DNA of 60,030 nucleotides, the filler included. It is 9 parts of 9 records of this genome, joined end to end, with 100 filler letters (N's around TTAATTAATTAA, not from the genome) between each part and the next. Parts side by side here need not be neighbours in the genome. Positions count along the whole stretch, not along the records: positions 33,831 to 41,649 come from SRR31156797_87278; positions 41,750 to 47,435 come from SRR31156797_87435; positions 47,536 to 52,821 come from SRR31156797_87589; 6 more parts are not named here. The stretch is one strand, 5' to 3'. The position numbers and the translations under genes are program-made. This document shows positions 40,853 through 50,340 of this stretch, one piece after another. The notes under the pieces are model-generated. The model was not told the DNA's origin. It worked only from the letters and a program-made list of their open reading frames with translations, and did not search any database. Each line of letters begins with the position of its first letter. Position 1 is the first letter of the stretch.

Positions 40853-41623
40853 ATGAAGATTGAGTGTAGGGATGCTGATTCTCCCTCTTCGGCAAGACAG
40901 GAGCGGCGTTATTTCGACACGGGCTTTTATGTAATATTAGCCCTGGCGACGCTCAGCGGCCTAGCCTGCTGGTGGCTGCAGGGATGGCCCCGGGTTCTGG
41001 AAATCCTCGTCGGCGATATACAGGCGCTGGCATCAATCATGCCGAAGATCGGCGCGGCATTGCTATTGAGTGGTGCCCTGGTCGTGCTGCTGCCGCGACA
41101 AACCATGGCCCGTCTGATCGGCGCCAATTCCGGCCTTCGCGGTCTCGCCCTCGCCTCTCTCGGCGGTGCTGTCACGCCCGGCGGACCGATGACCATCTAT
41201 CCGGTTGCCGGCGCCATGGCGGCGGGCGGCGCCGATGCCGGAACCCTGGTCGCCTATCTGGTCAGTTGGATGACCCTGGGGTTCAACCGGATCCTGGTGT
41301 GGGAACTGCCGGTCATGGGCGACGCCTTCGTCCTGCAGCGCTTGGTCATCAGCCTGCCGATGGGCATCCTTTTTGCCTCTGCCGCCGGCGCTTTGTTGCC
41401 GGCCGGACCCATGGTGTCTTTTCCCATCGCCGCCGCCCTGGCGCGGGCAGGCGCCGGAATGCCGCAACTGATCGCTTTCGTCACCGCTTGGTCGCTGCTT
41501 TTTCCGTTGCGAATCCTTACGTTCGAAACACCGACCCTTGGCTTGCCTTTTGCGCTCCGCCGCTATGCCCTTTGCCTTCCCGCACCTATTCTTGCCGGCA
41601 TTGCGGCCTATCTTGTCTCCTAG
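40853..41623 (+). CDS. Predicted permease (DUF318-like) with an internal duplication
   Basis: Two homologous TPGGPM / LPAGPM hydrophobic modules. Confidence 0.7.
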   Translation: MKIECRDADSPSSARQERRYFDTGFYVILALATLSGLACWWLQGWPRVLEILVGDIQALASIMPKIGAALLLSGALVVLLPRQTMARLIGANSGLRGLALASLGGAVTPGGPMTIYPVAGAMAAGGADAGTLVAYLVSWMTLGFNRILVWELPVMGDAFVLQRLVISLPMGILFASAAGALLPAGPMVSFPIAAALARAGAGMPQLIAFVTAWSLLFPLRILTFETPTLGLPFALRRYALCLPAPILAGIAAYLVS

Positions 41624-41649
41624 ATGTTTAGTCCCGCGGAGTGATGGAA

Positions 41650-41749
41650 NNNNNNNNNNNNNNNNNNNNNNNNNNNNNNNNNNNNNNNNNNNNTTAATTA
41701 ATTAANNNNNNNNNNNNNNNNNNNNNNNNNNNNNNNNNNNNNNNNNNNN
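41650..41749. other. Artificial contig spacer
   Basis: N44-TTAATTAATTAA-N44. Confidence 0.99.
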
Positions 41750-42029
41750 GATTTTCGAAAAAGGAGCGCTCTTCAATGGCCTTGTCGATGCGAACGAGAT
41801 CCTGGTAGACAACACGTCCGGCACCGAGGTTCATATGACCGACCTCGCTATTGCCCATAATCCCGTCCGGGAGGCCAACGTTCCGGCCCGAGCACAAAAG
41901 CCGGGTGGATGGATAGGTGGCCTGAAGCCGATCCAGACAAGGCGTGTTTGCAACCAAAACCGCATTGGTGGGTTCATCCACACCGATTCCCCAACCGTCA
42001 AGTATGATCAACATGGTCGTTTTCTTCAT
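41750..42029 (-). CDS. gpmI: 2,3-BPG-independent phosphoglycerate mutase, N-terminal fragment
   Basis: [30 protein letters not shown]. Confidence 0.95.
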
Positions 42030-42053
42030 CAAGCTTTCTCCATCAAACCGGTG

Positions 42054-42470
42054 CTACTCGATAAAAACGGATTCATCCACATCGCCTGCATCATCAGCCG
42101 ACGAATCAACCTCCTGCTCCATGCTTTCCGTCCGAATACGTCGGGCATCGGACCACAACCCTTCCAAATTATAAAACTGCCGGGTCTCTTCGAAGAAAAC
42201 ATGAATCACCACATCACCATAGTCCATGAGCACCCAGTGCCCATCTTTGAGACCGTCTACGCTCAACGCGGTGATGCCCTGTTTTTTCAGTTCAAGTTGG
42301 ATATGCTCGGCAATAGCGCTGACCTGACGATTGGACATTCCGTGGCAGATCAAAAAAGCGTCGGCCAGGCTGGTCAGGCCACTGACATCCAGAAAAACCA
42401 GGTCCCTGGCCTTTCTTCCGAGCACGGCTTTGACATAAACATCCAATTCAGCGTCATTGATTTGGGTCAT
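42054..42470 (-). CDS. rsfS: Ribosome silencing factor
   Basis: WVLMDYGDVVIHVF...RQFYNLEGLW. Confidence 0.95.
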   Translation of the reverse strand: MTQINDAELDVYVKAVLGRKARDLVFLDVSGLTSLADAFLICHGMSNRQVSAIAEHIQLELKKQGITALSVDGLKDGHWVLMDYGDVVIHVFFEETRQFYNLEGLWSDARRIRTESMEQEVDSSADDAGDVDESVFIE

Positions 42471-43132
42471 CGATAGAGTTCCTTTTTTTCAATGTAAGCG
42501 TCGACAGCCGGAGGAACAAGGTCAAGAATCGTTTTTCCTTGTTTCACCCGCCGCCGAATTTGGCTGGAGGAAACGGACAGCGGTGGGACGGACAACAGGT
42601 GGATGGTCCTCCCGTCATCGCATCGCCAATACGACGGATCCGGATGATACCGATAGCGGCCCGACAATCGGGTCCGGATGTATCGGTTCAGACGTTGCGA
42701 ATCGTTGTCGACAAGCTCTTCGTTCCCCAGATATCGTGTTATGATGATGGGTTGGACAAACTCCAAAAGGCGAACATGGCTTTTCCAGGTGTGGAATTCT
42801 AAAAAAGCGTCCATCCCCATCGGCAGAAACAAGGTCGTCTTCTCTCCCAATAACGACGAAAAATAGTCGACCGTATAGATGGTATAGGAAGGACCGCTAC
42901 GTTGAATTTCAACCTGGGAGATCCGGTAGCGATCGTCATCGGGCAGAGCCCGTTGGATCATGCGAACCCTGTGGGAGGCCTGTGCCAAAATGGCCGGTTG
43001 TTTGTGTGGAGGCAGTCGACAGGGAATAATGTACAGGCGATCCAGGAGGAAACAACGGCAAACCTGTTCGGCCACCATCAGGTGTCCGTCATGGATCGGA
43101 TTGAAAGTACCTCCGAAAAGCCCTACCCGCAT
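42467..43132 (-). CDS. nadD: Nicotinate-nucleotide adenylyltransferase
   Basis: GGTFNPIHDGH, PPHK, SYT, VSSSQIR. Confidence 0.95.
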   Translation of the reverse strand: MRVGLFGGTFNPIHDGHLMVAEQVCRCFLLDRLYIIPCRLPPHKQPAILAQASHRVRMIQRALPDDDRYRISQVEIQRSGPSYTIYTVDYFSSLLGEKTTLFLPMGMDAFLEFHTWKSHVRLLEFVQPIIITRYLGNEELVDNDSQRLNRYIRTRLSGRYRYHPDPSYWRCDDGRTIHLLSVPPLSVSSSQIRRRVKQGKTILDLVPPAVDAYIEKKELYR

Positions 43133-43165
43133 GTATACATCCTGTGTTTGCAAGGAACGACGAGG

Positions 43166-44422
43166 TCATTCCCGAATCTGCCCTTCTCCCAGTACCACGA
43201 ATTTTTGGGTGGTTAATTCCCCCAACCCCATGGGACCGTAGGCGTGCAGTTTGGAGGTGCTGATTCCCATTTCAGCCCCGAGCCCCAGTTGTCCTCCGTC
43301 GTTGAACCGGGTGGACGCATTGACCAGCACGACAGAAGCATCCACATCCCGTACAAATCGGTTGGCACGGTCAAAATCACGGGTAACGATCGATTCCGTG
43401 TGGTTGGACCCGTACCGGTCGATATGGGCCACGGCCTCTTCCATGTCCGCAACCACTTTTACCGATAGAATCAGGTCAACGTACTCCTCGGGCCAATCGG
43501 CTTGTGTTGCGGCCTTGATCCCCTCAAGGATGGAACAGGTTTTGGGACAGCCACGAAGTTCGACACCGGCCTCTTTCAATCGCCTGGCTGCCCGCGGTAA
43601 AAAATCGTTTGCCACCCGTTCGTGGATCAGCAGCGTTTCCATAGCGTTGCAGACGCCCGGTCGCTGCACCTTGGCGTTGAAGCTGATGGATTCCGCCATC
43701 TCCAGATCTGCGGATTGGTCGATAAAAACGTGGCAAACCCCCTTGTAATGTTTGAGCACGGGGATTTTTGAATGTTCCACCACAAAACGGATCAGTCCTT
43801 CACCGCCACGGGGGATAATCAGATCTACAGCCGACTCTTGCGCCAAAAGTGCGTTGATGGCAGAACGGTCCGTTGTGGGAACCACCTGGGCTGCTTTTGC
43901 AGGCAATCCGGCCTGTTCTAGGGCCTCACCGATGATTTCGGAAAGAGCTTGATTGGAATGCAGGGCTTCTGATCCGCCTCTGAGAATAACGGCATTTCCC
44001 GATTTCAAACAGAGGCCGGCGGCGTCAATGGTGACGTTTGGCCTGGACTCATAAATGATGCCGACCACCCCCAACGGAATGCGCATTTTGGATACCCGAA
44101 GGCCGTTGGGACGAACCCGCGTTTCGCCCATCGTACCAACGGGGTCTTCATAGGAAGCCACCTCGCGAAGTCCGTTTGCCATGGAAGCGATGGTTTTCTC
44201 TGTGATGGTCAGGCGATCGACCATGGCAGCGGAAAGCCCTGATTTTTTTGCAGCCTCGACATCTTTCCGGTTCTCTTCAAAGACCCATTTGGCCTTTTGC
44301 TCCAACAATTGAGCCATGACCGTCAAGGCCTTGTTTTTGTGCACTGTTTTGCACCGACCGATTACACCGGCGGCGATTTTTGCATCTTGGGCCATCGTTT
44401 CAATGGTTTGGTTTATATCCAT
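43166..44422 (-). CDS. proA: Gamma-glutamyl phosphate reductase
   Basis: IIYESRPNV, CNAMETLL, NASTRFNDG, GISTSKLHAYGPMGL; start could lie as far up as 44455. Confidence 0.97.
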   Translation of the reverse strand: MDINQTIETMAQDAKIAAGVIGRCKTVHKNKALTVMAQLLEQKAKWVFEENRKDVEAAKKSGLSAAMVDRLTITEKTIASMANGLREVASYEDPVGTMGETRVRPNGLRVSKMRIPLGVVGIIYESRPNVTIDAAGLCLKSGNAVILRGGSEALHSNQALSEIIGEALEQAGLPAKAAQVVPTTDRSAINALLAQESAVDLIIPRGGEGLIRFVVEHSKIPVLKHYKGVCHVFIDQSADLEMAESISFNAKVQRPGVCNAMETLLIHERVANDFLPRAARRLKEAGVELRGCPKTCSILEGIKAATQADWPEEYVDLILSVKVVADMEEAVAHIDRYGSNHTESIVTRDFDRANRFVRDVDASVVLVNASTRFNDGGQLGLGAEMGISTSKLHAYGPMGLGELTTQKFVVLGEGQIRE

Positions 44423-44483
44423 TTGCATACCTTGCGTGAAAATTCTGGGTTTCACCTGATCGTATTTAATATCCCGCCCGAGC

Positions 44484-45602
44484 CTATTCCCCTGTAATCA
44501 CCAGATTATCCCTGTGGATGACTTCATCATAGGTTTTTTGCCCCAAACGGCTTTTGATCTCCCTGGTTTTAAGGCCTCTGATAATTCGAATATCGTTGGC
44601 ATTGTAGTTGACCAACCCGTTTCCAATCAACCGGTCATTGATCCCGATCACGGCTACCGCGGCCCCCACGGGAAACTCACCGTCCACATCGACGATGCCG
44701 CTGGGCAAAAGGCTCTTTCCGTTGTTTAGCAGTGCCCTTGCAGCGCCATCATCAACTCGCAAGGTGCCCTGGGTGTTGACCGTGTACCCGATCCAGCATT
44801 TTTTCCGGTTCAGCTTGGCACCACGGGGCTCGAAATAAGTGCCAACAGCCCGGCCTGCCATCAGATCCAAAAGGACATTTTTCCGCATGCCTGCGGTAAT
44901 AACCATGGGAATTCCCGATCCGGTGACCTTTCGTGCTGCCTTGATTTTGCTCAGCATCCCACCGGTTCCCAGTGCACCGGGAATATCGCCGGCGAATTTT
45001 TCAATTTTTTTGCTGTACGTTGCCACGGTCGGAATCAGTTCGGCTTCTGAAAAAACCCTGGGGTCTTTATCGTACAGACCGTCGATGTCAGTGAGATTAT
45101 AGAAAATATCGGCATCGAGCAAAAGGGCGATCATGGCTGCCAGATTGTCGTTGTCGCCAAGCTTGATCTCTTCCACCATGATGGTGTCGTTTTCATTGAT
45201 GATCGGCACCACCTGCCACTCCAGCAGCGTATTGAGTGTATTTCTTACATTGAGGTAGCGTTTGCGGCTGGTCAGGTCATCGCTTGTGAGCAGAATCTGA
45301 GCAACTTTCCGGCCGAACCGTTCGAAGGCCGCTTCCCACTCCTGAATCAATCCTGCCTGGCCGATGGCCGCTACGGCCTGCCTCTTGGGAATGGCCTCCG
45401 GCCTTTTTGAAAACCCCATCTTTTTTATACCGGAAGCCATGGCTCCGGAAGAGACAAGAATGATCTGTTTCCCCTGATCCAGCAATTCACAGATCTGGCG
45501 GCTGATGGAATCTATGGCATCAAGGTGAAGCCCGTCGTGGGAGGTCAAAACGTTGCTGCCAACCTTGACCACGGCTCGTTGAATAGAACTATCCATTTTC
45601 AT
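44484..45602 (-). CDS. proB: Glutamate 5-kinase with PUA domain
   Basis: VVKVGS, INENDT, GDNDNL, GTGGMLSK, VIHRDNL. Confidence 0.97.
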   Translation of the reverse strand: MKMDSSIQRAVVKVGSNVLTSHDGLHLDAIDSISRQICELLDQGKQIILVSSGAMASGIKKMGFSKRPEAIPKRQAVAAIGQAGLIQEWEAAFERFGRKVAQILLTSDDLTSRKRYLNVRNTLNTLLEWQVVPIINENDTIMVEEIKLGDNDNLAAMIALLLDADIFYNLTDIDGLYDKDPRVFSEAELIPTVATYSKKIEKFAGDIPGALGTGGMLSKIKAARKVTGSGIPMVITAGMRKNVLLDLMAGRAVGTYFEPRGAKLNRKKCWIGYTVNTQGTLRVDDGAARALLNNGKSLLPSGIVDVDGEFPVGAAVAVIGINDRLIGNGLVNYNANDIRIIRGLKTREIKSRLGQKTYDEVIHRDNLVITGE

Positions 45603-46614
45603 CCGACTCCAATTGGTCCAGCCGATCCAACATATTGCACAGCTTGGCGGTCATCGCATCAAGCCCCTCACCGGTGGCGGCGGAAATTTTTACAAGGTCG
45701 GTCTCTTGGCCGTAGGCTTCGATAAAAAGGGCAGCAGCGTCCTCCGCCCAACCAACATCCATCTTGTTCAATACCAGCAGTTGAGGTTTTTCGGCAAGGG
45801 CGGGACTGTATTCACGCAGTTCCCGATTGATGGTGATAAATTCCTTAAGGGGGTCGTCCGGATCGATGGCGGCCACGTCAACGAGGTGCAGCAAAACCCG
45901 TGTTCGCTCCACATGCCGCAAAAAACGGATTCCCAATCCGGTACCGGTGTGTGCCCCTTCGATCAGTCCGGGGATATCGGCAACGATGAAGGGCTCCCGG
46001 TAGCGGGTTTGTACCACACCAAGGTTGGGGGTGAGGGTTGTAAATGGATAGTCGGCAATCTTCGGTTTTGCCGATGAAAGAGAGGCGACCAGTGTCGACT
46101 TGCCCGCATTGGGAAGCCCCAAAAGCCCTACATCGGCCAGCAACTTCAGCTCCAGGCGTATATTCAGGGTCTGGCCGGGTTCACCGGGTTGGGCAAACCG
46201 GGGGGTCCGGTTGGTTGAAGATTTGAAGCGGGCATTCCCCAAACCGCCTCGACCGCCACTTGCAACGACAAAGACCTCGTCGGGCTCGACGAGGTCTTTT
46301 AAAAGCGTTCCCGAGTCCGCATCGAAGATGAGGGTGCCTTGGGGGAGTTCAATGGTTAAACTCTCCCCACCTCTACCGGTTCGATTGTTTCCCTGACCGC
46401 CGGACCCGTTTTTGGCTTTGTACAATTTTTGAAATTGCAGATGGTAGAGGGTGCGCCGCTTTGTGGTGGCCCTGAACAGGACATCCCCGCCGCTCCCTCC
46501 GTCACCTCCGTCCGGCCCTCCTTTGGGAATGTACTTTTCGCGCCGGAGACTTACACATCCGGCACCGCCATTTCCCGACTGGACGGAGATGCGTGCTTCG
46601 TCAATGAATTTCAC
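45589..46614 (-). CDS. obgE: GTPase ObgE/CgtA
   Basis: Gly-rich Obg fold, [25 protein letters not shown] start overlaps the rpmA stop. Confidence 0.97.
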   Translation of the reverse strand: MKFIDEARISVQSGNGGAGCVSLRREKYIPKGGPDGGDGGSGGDVLFRATTKRRTLYHLQFQKLYKAKNGSGGQGNNRTGRGGESLTIELPQGTLIFDADSGTLLKDLVEPDEVFVVASGGRGGLGNARFKSSTNRTPRFAQPGEPGQTLNIRLELKLLADVGLLGLPNAGKSTLVASLSSAKPKIADYPFTTLTPNLGVVQTRYREPFIVADIPGLIEGAHTGTGLGIRFLRHVERTRVLLHLVDVAAIDPDDPLKEFITINRELREYSPALAEKPQLLVLNKMDVGWAEDAAALFIEAYGQETDLVKISAATGEGLDAMTAKLCNMLDRLDQLESDENG

Positions 46615-46865
46615 GGCACATAGACACTGACCTGTTTACGGTCACGGCCTTTTCTTTCATAGGTCACGACACCGTCGATCAGAGCGAAAAGCGTGTAGTC
46701 TTTTCCTATGCCAACGTTGTTTCCCGGATGAATTCTGGTACCGACCTGGCGAACAAGAATATTACCGGCCAAAACCGGCTGGCCGCCATAGCGTTTGATT
46801 CCCCGCCGTTGGGCGTTACTATCTCTACCGTTTTTTGAACTACCGGCTGCTTTTTTATGAGCCAT
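46611..46865 (-). CDS. rpmA: 50S ribosomal protein L27
   Basis: [16 protein letters not shown]. Confidence 0.98.
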   Translation of the reverse strand: MAHKKAAGSSKNGRDSNAQRRGIKRYGGQPVLAGNILVRQVGTRIHPGNNVGIGKDYTLFALIDGVVTYERKGRDRKQVSVYVP

Positions 46866-46929
46866 GGTTTTCTCCTCAACATCTACGGGTTCGTACAACC
46901 CGATCGTTACGTTAAGCGTCTGAATCTAC

Positions 46930-47241
46930 TTATGCTTCGATTCGGTCAATTCGAACAGCCGTGAACGGCTGGCGATGCCCTTGTTTTCTACGATAGCGTT
47001 TTCTTCTTTTATATTTGAAAACAAGAATCTTCTTGCTTTTTCCCTGCGCCAAAATCTGCCCGTGGACCGTTACCCCGTCTACTTCGGGCTGGCCGATCTT
47101 GACATCTTCCCCATCGGCAAATATAAGCACTTTATCGAAAGCGACCTCAGCTCCGACATCTCCGGGAAGTTTTTCGACTCTTAATACATCGCCTTCCTCG
47201 ACCTTATATTGCTTTCCGCCTGTGGCAACCACTGCGTACAT
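46930..47241 (-). CDS. rplU: 50S ribosomal protein L21
   Basis: MYAVVATGGKQYKV...GHRQPFT. Confidence 0.98.
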   Translation of the reverse strand: MYAVVATGGKQYKVEEGDVLRVEKLPGDVGAEVAFDKVLIFADGEDVKIGQPEVDGVTVHGQILAQGKSKKILVFKYKRRKRYRRKQGHRQPFTAVRIDRIEA

Positions 47242-47294
47242 ATTTTCCCCTCCTGTGAAAACAAAACACTAGTTCCTAAATTCAAAAAAACGGA

Positions 47295-47323
47295 AATATC
47301 ACCCTTTCGGTATGATTTGTCAA
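47295..47323 (-). promoter_or_regulatory. Candidate sigma70 promoter of the rplU operon
   Basis: Minus strand TTGACA-N17-GATATT. Confidence 0.45.
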
Positions 47324-47435
47324 GAAAATTTTTATAAGAACCATTTTCAAACGGACCTGTGGACATCCCTTAGGGAATCCTTATCCTTGGCTTCATGATA
47401 TCACTATAAAAGAATCCATGATGGACAGCTGTCAA

Positions 47436-47535
47436 NNNNNNNNNNNNNNNNNNNNNNNNNNNNNNNNNNNNNNNNNNNNTTAATTAATTAANNNNNNNNN
47501 NNNNNNNNNNNNNNNNNNNNNNNNNNNNNNNNNNN
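47436..47535. other. Artificial contig spacer
   Basis: N44-TTAATTAATTAA-N44. Confidence 0.99.
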
Positions 47536-47536
47536 C

Positions 47537-47899
47537 ATGTCCGATAAAAACAGGCTGAGAATTTTCAACGCGCTACAGGCCCATGAAGAGCTTTGCGCCT
47601 GCCAGATCACAGAACTCCTGGGGGTAACCGGCGCCACGGCCTCCCGCCACCTGAGCCAGATGGTCAATGCAGGCATATTAAAAAACAGAAAGCATGGAAG
47701 ATGGATCTATTTCCGCCTGAATCCGGAAGATGCTTTACTTGATCCTTTTTTCAAGTGGATGAAACAACAACAGAAAGGGGCAAATCAAGTTGAAAACGAC
47801 CTGAAAACCATGAAGCAAATCATATGCGTCCCCTGTGAAGACCTCTGCCGAAAGCAGCGGGAAGGCGGGCCTTGCACCAAAAACAACCAGGAGCATTAG
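47537..47899 (+). CDS. arsR: ArsR/SmtB-family repressor (probably 5'-truncated)
   Basis: SDKNRLRI, ELCACQI, ASRHL, RKHGRWIYF; adjacent to arsC. Confidence 0.88.
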   Translation: MSDKNRLRIFNALQAHEELCACQITELLGVTGATASRHLSQMVNAGILKNRKHGRWIYFRLNPEDALLDPFFKWMKQQQKGANQVENDLKTMKQIICVPCEDLCRKQREGGPCTKNNQEH

Positions 47900-48376
47900 A
47901 TGAAAGAAAAACTGAAGGTCTTATTTCTGTGTACAGGCAATTCATGCCGCAGCCAAATGGCGGAAGCATGGGCAAAAGCGTTGAAACAAGACACCATTGA
48001 AGCATACTCGGCAGGAATTGAAATTCACGGCCTGAACCCCGATGCTGTCAGGGTGATGGCGGAATCCGGAATTGACATGACCGGCCAGCGCTCAAAGCAC
48101 CTTGACGAATTTAAAGATATGGCGCTTGATCTTGTGGTCACCGTATGCGGGCATGCCCATGAAACATGCCCCTATTTCCCGCCCCGCTGCACGGTGGTCC
48201 ATGGGGGATTTGACGATCCGCCCAAGATGGCCGCCGCCCTTGCGGAAAAGGGAGCCGGCAAAGAGGAACAGCTGAACTGTTACCGCAGCGTCAGGGACGA
48301 GATAAAAGCCTTTGTTGAAGGACTGCCGGACAATCTGAAACAGCAAAATCTGGCATGCCAAATGGGTCAAAACTGA
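47900..48376 (+). CDS. arsC: Arsenate reductase, thioredoxin-coupled (LMW-PTP fold)
   Basis: CTGNSCRSQMAE, TVCGHAHETCP, FDDP. Confidence 0.93.
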   Translation: MKEKLKVLFLCTGNSCRSQMAEAWAKALKQDTIEAYSAGIEIHGLNPDAVRVMAESGIDMTGQRSKHLDEFKDMALDLVVTVCGHAHETCPYFPPRCTVVHGGFDDPPKMAAALAEKGAGKEEQLNCYRSVRDEIKAFVEGLPDNLKQQNLACQMGQN

Positions 48377-48434
48377 TGCGAAAGATCCCAGGCATCCATA
48401 CGGATTCGGATTTAAATCCGGGCAGGAACTATTT

Positions 48435-49238
48435 ATGAGCAGTACCTTTTTTACCTGGGGGTGCTCCCCTGTTTTTTTCTCAGCCGGCCCCCTGGAGATC
48501 CGGTGGTATGGCCTGTTTTTCGCCCTTTCGTTTATAACCGGCCATACCATCATGACATCCATCTACAAACGTGAAGGCAAGCCCGTCAAGGATCTGGACA
48601 GTCTCCTGATTTATATGACGGTGGGGACCATTGCGGGGGCCCGGCTCGGCCACTGCCTGATCTATGATCCGGCATACTACCTGGGCCACCCCGTGCACAT
48701 TCTGAAAATATGGGAAGGAGGACTGGCCAGCCACGGGGGGGCGGCTGGGATTCTCCTGGCAATTTTTTTCTACTCCCGGGCAAAGAAAGACCAGCCTTTT
48801 TTATGGCTGCTGGACAGGCTCGCATTGCCCGCCGCCCTTGGGGGGACATTTATACGCATTGGCAACTTCTTCAATTCGGAAATATACGGTCAACCTGCAA
48901 CCATTCCCTGGGCAATCATTTTCAACCGGATTGACAATCTGCCCAGGCACCCCAGCCAGCTGTACGAAGCCCTTGCCTGCCTGACTATTTTTATTCTCCT
49001 TTCGGGCATCCATGTCTTCGGCAGGAAAAGCCCCCGGGACGGGCGCCTGGCCGGGACATTTTTCACCCTGATCTTCACTGCCCGAATCTTCCTGGAATTT
49101 TTCAAGGTTCCCCAGGCGGCCTACGACACTGGTATCGGGCTCAATGTGGGACAGATGCTCAGCCTTCCCTTTGTTGCTGCAGGAATCGGTTTAATTATTC
49201 ACGCCATGGGACACCCTCGAAAAAAAGTAAGGCATTGA
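48435..49238 (+). CDS. lgt: Prolipoprotein diacylglyceryl transferase
   Basis: RWYG, GARLGH, GGLASHGG, RIGNFFNSEIYG, RHPSQLYE. Confidence 0.95.
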   Translation: MSSTFFTWGCSPVFFSAGPLEIRWYGLFFALSFITGHTIMTSIYKREGKPVKDLDSLLIYMTVGTIAGARLGHCLIYDPAYYLGHPVHILKIWEGGLASHGGAAGILLAIFFYSRAKKDQPFLWLLDRLALPAALGGTFIRIGNFFNSEIYGQPATIPWAIIFNRIDNLPRHPSQLYEALACLTIFILLSGIHVFGRKSPRDGRLAGTFFTLIFTARIFLEFFKVPQAAYDTGIGLNVGQMLSLPFVAAGIGLIIHAMGHPRKKVRH

Positions 49239-49337
49239 CTGAAAGAGAGCATTGACGACCTCATCGCCCGTGCCGACACCGCTCTCTACCGTGCCAAGGA
49301 TCAAGGCAGAAACAGGGTGGAGATTGCCGCCCCCTGA
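49239..49337 (+). pseudogene. C-terminal relic of a GGDEF diguanylate cyclase
   Basis: Hand translation LKESIDDLIARADTALYRAKDQGRNRVEIAAP* contains the AD.ALY.AK..GRN motif; no start codon and no GGDEF core. Confidence 0.85.
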
Positions 49338-49477
49338 TCCTTTTTTACGGCAGGTTCCTTCAAAACAGCAGTAATTTACAAAAACTTCGCAAGATCGTTC
49401 AATCCGGATGCAGAAAATTCTGGCATAAATGGCAGGTAAAGCGGAGACCTTTAACGTCATTAACAGGAGAATTAAAA

Positions 49478-50068
49478 ATGTCAAAAATCAACCTTGGCCA
49501 ACAGACCTTTGTACTCCCCATGGCCCAGACGATCCTAGGCTGCCATTTGAACGGACGCCCGAATTTCATGGCCCTGGGATGGGTTGCCCGGGTCAATGCA
49601 AAGCCCGCCATGCTGGGAGTGGGCGTCAACAAGGGCAACCAGACCCACGATGCCATCCTTGCCACCGGAGAATTCAGTGTCAACTTTCCTTCGGTGGACA
49701 TGGTGGCCGAAACCGATTACACCGGGATTGTATCCGGTAAACGGGTCGACAAATCCGGCCTTTTTGACCTGTTTTACGGGTCACTGGAAACGGCCCCCAT
49801 GATAAAGGCGTGTCCGCTGAGCATTGAATGCAAACTGCATCAGCAGGTAGAGCTGCCCACCAACTCCTTTTTCATCGGGGAAATTGTCGGGACCTATTCA
49901 GAAGAGCGGTATCTGACGGATGGGAAACCGGACATCAAGAAGGTCGACCCTTTTGTCTTGACCATGCCGGACAACCGCTATTGGTCCATAGGAGACTGTG
50001 TCGGCCATGCCTGGAAAGACGGGAAAGCCATTAAACAAACCGTGGAAAGCAATGTAGCGCCCCGATAG
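49478..50068 (+). CDS. Flavin reductase / flavoredoxin-family protein
   Basis: RPNFMALGW, GEFSVNFP, DYTGIVSG, APMIKACPLSIEC; RBS AGGAG. Confidence 0.9.
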   Translation: MSKINLGQQTFVLPMAQTILGCHLNGRPNFMALGWVARVNAKPAMLGVGVNKGNQTHDAILATGEFSVNFPSVDMVAETDYTGIVSGKRVDKSGLFDLFYGSLETAPMIKACPLSIECKLHQQVELPTNSFFIGEIVGTYSEERYLTDGKPDIKKVDPFVLTMPDNRYWSIGDCVGHAWKDGKAIKQTVESNVAPR

Positions 50069-50092
50069 TCCTTCCTGAAAACAGCACTTTTT

Positions 50093-50110
50093 TGTTGTAT
50101 GTACAAACAA
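50093..50110. promoter_or_regulatory. Operator-like site, copy 1 (TGTTGTATGTACAAACAA)
   Basis: TTGTA-TG-TACAA palindromic core; identical 18-mer at 52010-52027. Confidence 0.7.
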
Positions 50111-50148
50111 AAAAAGTTTCTGGTATGAATATGGGATAATTTTTAGGG

Positions 50149-50177
50149 TTGACAGCGCCACACAAGAACACTATATT
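50149..50177 (+). promoter_or_regulatory. Sigma70 promoter upstream of acr3
   Basis: TTGACA-N17-TATATT. Confidence 0.6.
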
Positions 50178-50200
50178 CCAACTCATCGATACAGAACAAA

Positions 50201-50249
50201 CAAGCCTGGGTCTGACAACCACAAAAACAATTGCCAGACCACAGGCTTG
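50201..50249. repeat. Long imperfect hairpin in the acr3 leader
   Basis: CAAGCCTG-GGTCTGACAA pairs with TTGCCAGACC-A-CAGGCTTG. Confidence 0.6.
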
Positions 50250-50340
50250 AAAATTAATTCCACAGGCCGAATTTCAGCATTTTACATTTAGCTATATGTG
50301 CAACTATAGATAAAGCAACCCCTTTTTTCAGGAGCAGACC

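Noticed and set aside
46866-46898. Apparent N-terminal extension of L27 ([11 protein letters not shown]), as in Prp-processed Firmicute L27
   Set aside because: A good RBS (GAGGAG) precedes the MAHKK ATG, the extension does not resemble the cleavage motif, and no prp gene lies between rplU and rpmA.
49236-49238. TGA read-through (selenocysteine) joining Lgt to the GGDEF tail
   Set aside because: Lgt is complete before the TGA, the position is not a Cys-equivalent site and the tail lacks the catalytic core; a recombination scar is simpler.
49421-49436. TGGCATAAATGGCAG as a sigma54 promoter for the flavin reductase
   Set aside because: The GG-to-GC spacing is 8 nt, not the required 10.
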